Positions 19,614 to 27,884 of a DNA stretch of 64,000 bases are shown one piece after another (position 1 is the first letter of the stretch; each line of letters opens with the position of its first letter). The stretch covers positions 256,001 through 320,000 of the forward strand of contig OY843751.1 of NCBI GenBank assembly GCA_963693055.1. Reading direction: 5' to 3'. The DNA comes from a bacterium (lineage in GTDB: Bacteria; Zhuqueibacterota; Zhuqueibacteria; Residuimicrobiales; Krinioviventaceae). Under the pieces are notes generated by a model that saw nothing but the letters and a program-made list of their open reading frames with translations, was not told the origin of the DNA and searched no databases. The translations under genes were made by a program, and so were the position numbers.

Positions 19614-21037
19614 TTGTGGATCAAAAAGCGTATCCATTTCATAAAAGTTAAGCTGCCAACTTAAACAATTCCTGATTTTCCGGTTCACCATTCACAAATT
19701 TTTCTCCTTTAATCACAAATGGTATCCACTTGTACCCTCTCAAACGCCGCCACCGTTTTTCCGCTTCTTTAGCCAGTTTAAAAACCATAGTCAAAGTCGC
19801 CTGACTTGAACCGCAGCCCTTTGTTCTCCGCGTCCTGAGTCTCACTGTAGCAAAGGTAGATTCAATGGGATTCGTGGTCCGGATATGCTGCCAATGTGAA
19901 TCCGGGAAATCATAAAAAGTAAAAAGTTGATCATAATCTTTTACCAGACAATTAACAACTTTGGGATACTTGTCTTCATAAATTTTGATAAATCTATGAT
20001 AAGCGATTAACGCATTTTCTTTGGTCTCAGCCATATACATTTCATGAATAAGCGATTTGGCATTTGTCTGCGCACTTTTCGGTAGCTTATCCAATATGTT
20101 GGCTGTCTTGTGGACCCAGCAGCGCTGTTCACGAGACTCGGGATAAACTTGTGGCAAAGCTTTCCAAAAACCGAGGGCACCGTCTGCGATTGCCAGTTTC
20201 GGTCCCATCTCAAGTCCCTGGTCCTTTAACTCCAACAGCAGTTCTTTCCAGCTCAATTCGCTTTCTCGAAAGCCTTCTTTGACCGCCAAAAGCTCTTTTC
20301 GCCCATATTCGTCCGCTCCAATAATCACTAAAATACAAGGATTTACGCCTTTCAATCGAACATTGAAATAGACACCATCGGCCCAGATGTATACATAGTG
20401 TTTGCCGGACAGATCACGCCTGGCCCATTGCTTGTACTCTGACTCCCATTCTTCTTTCAAGCGCACAACCGTGTTGGCTGAAAGTCCTTTGACTTTATCT
20501 CCAAGTATAGCCGACAATGCAGCCGGGAAGTCCTGTGTCGAAATGCCCTTCAAATAAAGGGCAGGTATCAGGTTATTCAGGCTGGGTGTCCGTCTCAGGT
20601 ATTTGGGTAGTATCTCACTTGTAAAGCCTTCTACGCCATGTTCCTGCCGTAATTTCCTGTCATCCACTCGCGGCTGCCGGATCGTTATTGGACCTGAACT
20701 GGACAATATTGTGCGCTCCGGCATGGAACCATTGCGTACGGCCAGGCGGTGACCTTGTTCATCTCTGTGATTTTTATAGCGATCAAGGTATTCCTGAACT
20801 TCGTTTTCTATGGCTGCTGCCAATATTTGTTGCGCTCCATTTCGAATAATTTCATCCAAACTTTTATTGAATGTTGTGGTTTCTGCTTGCAGTTCTGACT
20901 TTGTTGTATTACCTTTTTTCATAGCGTGTCCTTTTTGGTTTTATCTTTTTTCTTGGTCGAAAAAAAATACTTAAAAACTATAGGATACGCTTTTTTATTT
21001 ATTTTTTCAAGTCATCCACAACATTAGAATATAACTC
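19598..21037 (-). mobile_element. IS256-family insertion sequence, 1440 bp, with 24-bp imperfect terminal IRs and 9-bp target-site duplication
   Basis: IRs at 19598-19621 (GAGTTATTGTCAATAGTTGTGGAT) and 21014-21037 (reverse complement GAGTTATATTCTAATGTTGTGGAT). AGATTATTT is duplicated at 19589-19597 and 21038-21046. Confidence 0.95.
19648..20922 (-). CDS. IS256-family DDE transposase
   Basis: 'YIWADGVY', 'LAIADGALGFW', 'QRCWVHK' and 'RTTNPIES' Mutator/IS256 motifs. Confidence 0.95.
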   Translation of the reverse strand: MKKGNTTKSELQAETTTFNKSLDEIIRNGAQQILAAAIENEVQEYLDRYKNHRDEQGHRLAVRNGSMPERTILSSSGPITIRQPRVDDRKLRQEHGVEGFTSEILPKYLRRTPSLNNLIPALYLKGISTQDFPAALSAILGDKVKGLSANTVVRLKEEWESEYKQWARRDLSGKHYVYIWADGVYFNVRLKGVNPCILVIIGADEYGRKELLAVKEGFRESELSWKELLLELKDQGLEMGPKLAIADGALGFWKALPQVYPESREQRCWVHKTANILDKLPKSAQTNAKSLIHEMYMAETKENALIAYHRFIKIYEDKYPKVVNCLVKDYDQLFTFYDFPDSHWQHIRTTNPIESTFATVRLRTRRTKGCGSSQATLTMVFKLAKEAEKRWRRLRGYKWIPFVIKGEKFVNGEPENQELFKLAA

Positions 21038-21068
21038 AGATTATTTCTATTTAGGGGATAAAAGATAG

Positions 21069-21539
21069 ATGATATATTTGTTTGATACTGTTGTATTTAG
21101 AATGTTTGGAAATTATTTTCCAGATAGATTTCCCTCATTTTGGGATAATTTGGAAAAATCAGTTAATAATATGGAAATTATTTCTGTAAAGGAAGTAATG
21201 AATGAAATTGATATTCAAGCAACGAAGCAATTTGTAAAGAGATGGGTTAGTGAACATAAAAAAATATTTTTTTCACCCACCAATGAGGAAATAAGTTTTA
21301 TAAGGGAACTTTTTAATATTAGTCATTTTCGGCAAATAGTTGGTATAAAACAACGATTGCAAGGTTTCCCTGTAGCTGATCCATATTTGATAGCAAGCGC
21401 AAAAATTAAAGGTGGGTGTATTGTTACTGAAGAAAAAGAAAAAAAGAATGCCGCTAAAATACCAAATCTTTGTAAACATTATTCAGTTGATTGTATAGAT
21501 TTGGAAGAATTTATGAAAAGAAATAACTGGAAATTCTAG
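21069..21539 (+). CDS. PIN-domain ribonuclease (DUF4411 type)
   Basis: 'YLFDT', 'FPSFWD', 'EVMNEI', 'ADPYLIASAK...IVTEE...KIPNLC'. This type is the usual partner of Xre-ImmA genes. Confidence 0.85.
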   Translation: MIYLFDTVVFRMFGNYFPDRFPSFWDNLEKSVNNMEIISVKEVMNEIDIQATKQFVKRWVSEHKKIFFSPTNEEISFIRELFNISHFRQIVGIKQRLQGFPVADPYLIASAKIKGGCIVTEEKEKKNAAKIPNLCKHYSVDCIDLEEFMKRNNWKF

Positions 21540-21614
21540 ATATTACGTCTTTAATTAAATTAGTTTTTTAAAATATTTACTTGAATTTTATGTACGGAAG
21601 AACTTGACAATAAT

Positions 21615-22424
21615 ATGATATGTCAAACTGAATCTCATAAAAGGATAAAAAAAGAACAACAAGAAATATGGGATTTTGCCATATTAATATGTCAATCAGT
21701 TCCAACATTAAAAAAAACTATAAAAGGTTTTGAAGAATCTATACCAAATTATAGTATTCCTAAACCTGATTATTTTATTGAATCAATAGATAAAGATAGA
21801 CTGAAAAGTATTTCTAATAATTACAAGAGCAATCTAGGGAAATATATTATTCTTAGTTTGTTTAGTTTTTTTGAATCATATTTTAAATCCGTAATGATTG
21901 AATTGATTGACTTTCATGGTGGGAAAGATAAGCTAATTGAAAATTTAAAAAAGAAAAATAGTAATTATCTTAATCAAGATGAGTGCAAAATTAAATTTAA
22001 AAGGAAATTACAAGAACCTATTAAAGATCAAAAATTTGAAAAATACAAAAAATATTCAAATTTGTTAATCAAAGAACCATATTTCCGCTTTCCAAGTGAA
22101 CTCTTTGCATTTTATGGATTGCAACGATTTATAGATGATATAATGAGTGATAACTATAGAAGTCAAATGATTCCACATATATTACAAAATGTTTTTTTAA
22201 TGAATTTGAGTCCCCGAATAAATGATTTTAAGGAAATTGAATCTATGGATTTAGCACAAACCTTCGATAGTGTTAGAAAAATACGAAATAAAATTGCACA
22301 TGGTGACAAAATTAATATTTCAATTAAAAAAGTATCAGCTTATTCAGATTTTTTACGAGAGTTTGCAATTCGAATAGATAACCATTTATTAGAGCATTTT
22401 TTTATTATAGAAAAATATATGTAG
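21615..22424 (+). CDS. HEPN-domain protein (RiboL-PSP/MAE_28990-like), putative RNase
   Basis: Helical protein with 'SLFSFFESYF' N-terminal HEPN helix and a C-terminal RxxxxH motif 'RNKIAH(G)'. Confidence 0.7.
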   Translation: MICQTESHKRIKKEQQEIWDFAILICQSVPTLKKTIKGFEESIPNYSIPKPDYFIESIDKDRLKSISNNYKSNLGKYIILSLFSFFESYFKSVMIELIDFHGGKDKLIENLKKKNSNYLNQDECKIKFKRKLQEPIKDQKFEKYKKYSNLLIKEPYFRFPSELFAFYGLQRFIDDIMSDNYRSQMIPHILQNVFLMNLSPRINDFKEIESMDLAQTFDSVRKIRNKIAHGDKINISIKKVSAYSDFLREFAIRIDNHLLEHFFIIEKYM

Positions 22425-22528
22425 TCCATTTGGTCTAACGGTTAAGACGCCCGTTACCCTAAAAATATTAATAATTGTATTTTTGGGAAAACGGGAGATG
22501 GGGTTCGAATCCTCAATGGACTACATAT
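22417..22528 (+). ncRNA. tRNA-like structured RNA with the anticodon loop replaced by a long AT-rich hairpin (not a canonical tRNA)
   Basis: Closing helix ATATGTAGTCCATT/AATGGACTACATAT (14 bp perfect). D arm GTCT-AACGGTTA-AGAC. Stem CCCGTT/AACGGG enclosing 34 nt. T arm GGGG-TTCGAAT-CCTC. No 3' CCA. Confidence 0.75.
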
Positions 22529-22559
22529 CGTTATAAATTTTTAATTTGGGCAATAGTTC

Positions 22560-23592
22560 GTAGGATACAGCTTGCCGCATCAAAAATAATTAAAAGATGC
22601 GCCGAGGCGCATCCTACTAACTGCTATCTGGAGCCACAAAATTAACCACAGATAAATCCAACAGTGGGCGAATACGCACTGATGAACACAAAGCCCACAC
22701 TCCCAGATCGTGACGGTGAAAGTGTCGGTCCCTGAGTGTTCGCCGAAGGCGAACGTATCGAAGGGCCGACTGAGAGAGATATGTACAAAAAGTACAACAA
22801 AAATCTTTTCGCTTCTGGTTCCAGTGGCTCTGCCCTGGAACCCAAAATTAACCAGACATGCGCAGATAAACGCAGATAAAAAACAAAAGATCGTGACGGA
22901 GATAAGCGAAGCGGTCTCCGTAACGGGAGGAATGAATTGTCCTGTCAGGGACAAGATATTTTTAGCACAAACAAAAAAACAGATTACCATCCCGTAGGGA
23001 TGGGATAGAATAATAGAACTATGATATCGCATCCCTACGGGATGCAGATTGTTGTTTGGGTGTTAACTACAAATATTTCATCCCTAGCGGGATGAATTCT
23101 CGTTATTTTAAACATTCCTGGATTATAATCTTACTTCGTGCCCTTCTTTTCTTCGTGGTTCATTTTTTTAATCTTGTCAGCGACTTATCCCTATAATACC
23201 AAAGCAAAGCTTTTTACCAAATTCCCCACCCAAATGAAATTTGGGCGGGAGTGGATTCATGATCTTATAATCATATCTGCAAAATAGATATCTGCGTTCA
23301 TTTGTGGTTAATTTATCGCTCGACCCTTCGATACGTTCGCCTTCGGCGAACACTCAGGGACCGACTTTTTCTCCGTCACGGTCAGGGGGTATGGATTTGA
23401 TCTGCGTTAATCTGCGCTTATCTGTGGTTCATTATACCTTTGTGAGCTTTGTGGCTTTGTGGTAAATCTTTCATACTACCTTGCTTTCAACGTGACGGAG
23501 ACCGCTTCGCTTAATTCCGTCACGATCAGGTGCTATGGATTTAATCTGCATTCATCTGTGCGTGTTCGCCCACTGGTGAATGTATCTGTGGT
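22560..23592. repeat. Right mosaic cluster of palindromic/REP-like repeats, with internal inverted organisation
   Basis: REP doublet 22560-22617 nearly identical to the left copy. GGTTCCAG hairpin at 22817 and CGTGACGGAG hairpin at 22892, the latter inverted at 23491. Perfect 42-bp inverted pair 22724-22765 / 23324-23365. Four short hairpins at 22937-23096, three of them ATCCC...GGGAT type. Confidence 0.9.
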
Positions 23593-23683
23593 AAATAATT
23601 CTAACCAACATTTTCTGCTTGCATCTCAACCGTGAAATCAGGTTATTATAACCAGAAATTTATCCAACCCAACGGGAGCAAGC

Positions 23684-25384
23684 ATGTTTAAGCAAAAAGA
23701 GATTTTCTTCATCCTGATCACAGTATTGATTTACGGCATCGCCCACAGCCAGACCAGCACCATCTATCATCTGGACCGGACCATCGGATTTGAATCCGAG
23801 TTTCCGCAATCCGAATGGGACGTTAAACGCCAATCCGGCAGGATCATTGGCGCTGAACCGGCCCTGTTTCTGGATGATACCTTTATCATGGGCAGCCGAA
23901 ATGTGAAACGCACATTGCATGCAGTGAACAAATACTCTGAACCGATGATTTTACCCGTTTCCGAAAAGCTGATGAAATCCCCTACAATCTTTTCCATTGT
24001 TCCCGATGCGGATGACAAGGGCTATATTGCCTATTGTGGGGGCGCATTTGAAAAGAAAACCTTGTACTCGGTTTTTCATACCACAGACGGCAAGTCATTT
24101 ACGCCCATCATAACCGACCAGCTCCCGTCCGAAGAGATTTGGGATGGACTCGATAAAGGGGACATTCCTGAGCATAATAATATTTTAAATTTAAACAAAT
24201 TCAACGGCGAGGCATTTACTTCGTATTACTCGGCGTTTTTCAAAGTACAGGAAGAAACCAGGTATCCCTATCGGGCCATCATCATTCGTTCCAAACCGCG
24301 TCCCCGGCAGGTTATGATCATCCAGTCCCAAGATGGATTAAACTGGCAGGCCATGCCCAACCAGACACAGCGGGATATACTGGGTGAAGCCAATCAACCC
24401 GCGTACGATCCCTTTCACGACCGCTATCTCTGCTACCTGCGCCTGTGGGATCCGCCCTCCAAGATCGTTTCGAGTTGGCGAAAGGTGCTGTTTAGTGAAG
24501 CTTCCTTTGGTCCGGACGGAGCGACATGGTCTGATGATGAGCTGGTACTGGAAGCTGGCCCCCAGGACGGTCCGTCAACGGACATTTATTTCATGCAGGT
24601 GACCGGTTACGCGGGCGGATATATTGGGATCCCGGTCATGTATCATCGTCCTTCTTCACTGGACCCTGAAATGGCGGGAAAGTTTCATTGCGAACTCGCT
24701 TTTAGCCATGACGGCCGCAATTGGGACCGGGTTTGTCAGGGTGAACCGTTCCTGTCAACCGGCCCCAAAAACAGTTGGGATGCGGGACTGGTCTGGATGA
24801 ATTGTCCGCCAATCGTCAAAAACGACAGTCTCTATTTTTACTACACCGGTAGAAAATACGATCATGATGAGATCAAACCGCGGGACCACAAAGTACAAGC
24901 CGGGTTGGCAACCCTTCGAGCGGACGGATTTGTCTCTATGGACGCGGGAGAGGAAACCGGAACCCTGCTGACGACCCTGTTCTGGCCGGAGGGTAAACAT
25001 TTGTATATTAACGCGGATGCCAGCGGAGGAGAAATCCGCGTAGAGGTATTGCAGGACTATCATTATGTGGAATTGAAAAAAGTGGAAAAGTATTCTGAGG
25101 ATATTCAAGGACTGTTTCGTGCGGAGAATTGTATTCCTTTTACCAGTAATGCTATTAATCACAAGGTAGCCTGGAAACATGATGAGAATTTTGTGGAAAA
25201 TTTCCCTCAAAACTGGTTGGATTTGGAGGATTCTGATAAATACAGTAAAAAGAAAAAGCCCTTTGAAAAAAGGGCCATTGCATTAAAGTTTTATCTGAAA
25301 AATGCAAAACTGTACAGTTTCTGGTTTGCTGATGATGATACCGAACCGCTGGAAAACGGACGGTTGGTACCGGTATCGAAATGA
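23684..25384 (+). CDS. Secreted glycoside hydrolase-like beta-propeller protein, paralog of 1-1193
   Basis: Signal peptide, 'SQDGLNW', 'SHDGRNW', 'LRADGFVSMDAG...LYINAD...LYSFWF'. Confidence 0.6.
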   Translation: MFKQKEIFFILITVLIYGIAHSQTSTIYHLDRTIGFESEFPQSEWDVKRQSGRIIGAEPALFLDDTFIMGSRNVKRTLHAVNKYSEPMILPVSEKLMKSPTIFSIVPDADDKGYIAYCGGAFEKKTLYSVFHTTDGKSFTPIITDQLPSEEIWDGLDKGDIPEHNNILNLNKFNGEAFTSYYSAFFKVQEETRYPYRAIIIRSKPRPRQVMIIQSQDGLNWQAMPNQTQRDILGEANQPAYDPFHDRYLCYLRLWDPPSKIVSSWRKVLFSEASFGPDGATWSDDELVLEAGPQDGPSTDIYFMQVTGYAGGYIGIPVMYHRPSSLDPEMAGKFHCELAFSHDGRNWDRVCQGEPFLSTGPKNSWDAGLVWMNCPPIVKNDSLYFYYTGRKYDHDEIKPRDHKVQAGLATLRADGFVSMDAGEETGTLLTTLFWPEGKHLYINADASGGEIRVEVLQDYHYVELKKVEKYSEDIQGLFRAENCIPFTSNAINHKVAWKHDENFVENFPQNWLDLEDSDKYSKKKKPFEKRAIALKFYLKNAKLYSFWFADDDTEPLENGRLVPVSK

Positions 25385-25563
25385 GAGTAGCTTTTAATCC
25401 AAGTATATTAAACATAATATTTTACTTTATTTTACGCATTTTTTCTTGATTTCTGATCTCTGAGCAGTTATATTCAAGAGTTCGGAAAAAGAAAAATATT
25501 TGCCCATCAATATCCGGCAATATCAAGGATTGTAACCTCTTCATTATTCTACAGGAGTCACTC

Positions 25564-27045
25564 ATGCCTCAATTTGGTTTTGTAGACATTGCTGTACTTG
25601 TCGTTTATTTTCTTGGCACAATAGGATTGGGATTCTATTTTCACAAACGAAGCACCTCCACCGAGGGTTTTACCGCGGGTGACCGTTCATTACCCGGTAT
25701 TCTTTGTGGATTGTCCATGTTTGCCACATACTTGAGCAGTCTCAGTTTTATTGGTATTCCTGCCATGTCCTTTTCAGACAAGAATTGGGGTTTTTTCACA
25801 TTCAGCCTGTCACTACCCATCACTACTATTATAGCAATTAAATATTTTATGCCCTATTACCGTGCCAGTCAATCCATTTCTGCTTATGCAAATCTTGAAG
25901 ACCGGTTTGGTACCTGGGCGCGTGTGTATGCAAGCGTTTGTTATCTGCTGACCCAGATTGCGCGTATGGGTGCGGTTATGTACTTGACCGCGTTACCGTT
26001 ATCTCTGCTGTTGGGATGGAACATTGAACTTATTATTATTGTAGTGGGTATTTCTGTTACATTGTACACCTTTGTGGGTGGTATTGTTGCAGTGATTTGG
26101 ACCGATGCAATTCAAAGTGTGGTACTCATAGGTGGTGCTTTGATTTGTACCGTTGCCATGTTGTTTGGCCTGCCTGATGGCCCAGGACAAGTGTTCAGTT
26201 ATGGAATGGCCCATGGTAAATTTAGTCTGGGTGATTTTGGGCCCTCGTTAACCAGCGAAACATTCTGGATTGTTCTGTTTTTTGGTATTGTAATGAATTT
26301 GCAGAATTTTGGGATTGATCAGAATTTTATTCAGCGTTACAAATCCGCAAAATCTGATAAAGAAGCCTTCAAGAGTTTGATTGTTGGTGGATTGCTGTAC
26401 ATTCCGGTTTCAGCCCTGTTCTTTTTCATTGGTACTACCTTGTATGTATATTACCAGACCGGCGGCGGATCACTTCCCCCAGAATACGCAGCCAAACCCG
26501 ACTATGTATTTCCGTTTTACATTATTCAAAATCTTCCGGTAGGATTAAAAGGGCTCTTGATTGCTGCAATTTTTGCCGCTGCCATGAGTACTGTTTCTAC
26601 CAGTTTAAACTCTTCTGCTACTTTGCTGATGAACGATTATTATAAACGTTTTTTTAATAAAGATGCATCTGAAAAACAATTGATGAAAGCATTATACACC
26701 GCAACCATAGTCTGGGGTATATTGGGTACAATTATTGGATTATTAATGATTGCAGCCAGCAATGCGTTTCAGGTATGGCAGGTGCTGGCGGGTATTTTAA
26801 GCGGTGGTATGCTGGGTATTCTGTTGTTGGGTATGATCTCTAAAAAAGCTTCCAACTCTGCAGCAATTCCGGGAGCGATTTTAGGCGTACTGATTATTTT
26901 ATGGATGACCATTTCCAACCAATCACCCGGTTTCTTTGGGGCAATGACCAGTCCTTTCCACAATTACCTGATCCCCATATTCGGTACATTGACCATTTTG
27001 GTTGTGGGATTACTGATCAGCAATTTAAAGAAAAAAGTTAGTTAA
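25564..27045 (+). CDS. Sodium:solute symporter (SSF), probably sugar or sugar-acid uptake
   Basis: Many TM helices. 'GLSMFATYLSS', 'GGIVAVIWTD', 'DQNFIQRY', 'AAAMSTVSTSLNS'. Confidence 0.92.
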   Translation: MPQFGFVDIAVLVVYFLGTIGLGFYFHKRSTSTEGFTAGDRSLPGILCGLSMFATYLSSLSFIGIPAMSFSDKNWGFFTFSLSLPITTIIAIKYFMPYYRASQSISAYANLEDRFGTWARVYASVCYLLTQIARMGAVMYLTALPLSLLLGWNIELIIIVVGISVTLYTFVGGIVAVIWTDAIQSVVLIGGALICTVAMLFGLPDGPGQVFSYGMAHGKFSLGDFGPSLTSETFWIVLFFGIVMNLQNFGIDQNFIQRYKSAKSDKEAFKSLIVGGLLYIPVSALFFFIGTTLYVYYQTGGGSLPPEYAAKPDYVFPFYIIQNLPVGLKGLLIAAIFAAAMSTVSTSLNSSATLLMNDYYKRFFNKDASEKQLMKALYTATIVWGILGTIIGLLMIAASNAFQVWQVLAGILSGGMLGILLLGMISKKASNSAAIPGAILGVLIILWMTISNQSPGFFGAMTSPFHNYLIPIFGTLTILVVGLLISNLKKKVS

Positions 27046-27083
27046 GATTTGTGATAGAAAATTATTTTATTGGGATTGAATTC

Positions 27084-27122
27084 AACGCTCCCACTCGTTT
27101 CATTCGGGTGGGAGTGTTTTTT
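27084..27122. terminator. Intrinsic terminator between convergent genes
   Basis: AACGCTCCCACTCG-loop-CGGGTGGGAGTGTT followed by a T tract. Confidence 0.75.
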
Positions 27123-27129
27123 ATTTCAA

Positions 27130-27597
27130 TTATTCTTTATCTGCCCAGTTGCGTAGTTCGCGTTTGATCTTTTCCTCAACTTTTTTACCAATCTCTTCCC
27201 ATTCGGATTTTTCTTCATCATTTTCGTCTACCCATTTTTTGATGCCGGAACGGACTTTTTCTTCCACTTTGACGCTAATTTCTTCCCATTCTTTTACCTT
27301 GTTGCTTTTGGGCTTCTTTTTACAGCACATTTTCCCTTGTCCGCCTAGGGCGATCATTGCACCCAGTACAAACCCGAAATTGTACCAGTTGCCTGTATTA
27401 TTCAGTTCGTAAACGGTAACACTGTCCGTGAACAGACTGATGATAAAAGAGATAACTATGATAAATCCGTGCCACAAGCCTGCCCAAAATCCTGCAGGTT
27501 TTTCCAGATACATGGTGTTGTTTGCCGCACAACCCGACAGGAACGCAATGGCAATAAAAAGCGCGCCAATCATTATCATTTTATGTCTTGATTTCAT
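27130..27597 (-). CDS. Hypothetical membrane lipoprotein
   Basis: GGAG RBS, lipobox 'LSGC', 'AGFWAGLWHG...WYNFGF' membrane segment, charged C-terminal repeats. Confidence 0.7.
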   Translation of the reverse strand: MKSRHKMIMIGALFIAIAFLSGCAANNTMYLEKPAGFWAGLWHGFIIVISFIISLFTDSVTVYELNNTGNWYNFGFVLGAMIALGGQGKMCCKKKPKSNKVKEWEEISVKVEEKVRSGIKKWVDENDEEKSEWEEIGKKVEEKIKRELRNWADKE

Positions 27598-27884
27598 ATA
27601 AATTCTCCTGGGTTTATCATTAAAACACAATATTGCATGTTTAATTCATCCTAATAGACGTAATGGGGCCGTTCTTGTTTCATCTGAATGCTATATGATA
27701 ATTGTTTACTTGCATATTACGGGTGGTATTGTTATTCTATCATGTTTATGAAAACATATATAAAAGCTAGATCTTGGTGTTTTTATATAAATCACAAAGG
27801 ATCTCAAATGGGGCAGTGATTTTCTTTGCTGCTTTACGATTAAACAGTTATTAAATACACGAATTTAAAAATAGGGATGGAAAA

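Noticed and set aside
22424-22525. Canonical or intron-containing tRNA gene (the D arm resembles tRNA-Glu)
   Set aside because: There is no 7-nt anticodon loop, no obvious bulge-helix-bulge, and the insert is far too short for a group I intron. No excision I tried gave a normal 5-bp stem with U33. The T stem is short and CCA is absent. Kept as a tRNA-like RNA instead.
22580-23032. ORFs 22580-23032, 22642-22845 and 22710-22997
   Set aside because: They lie wholly within the repeat mosaic, and their similarity to the left-cluster ORFs reflects the DNA repeats.
17553-23592. Integron or prophage
   Set aside because: There is no tyrosine/serine integrase or phage gene, and I could not identify attC-type RYYYAAC...GTTRRRY boxes.
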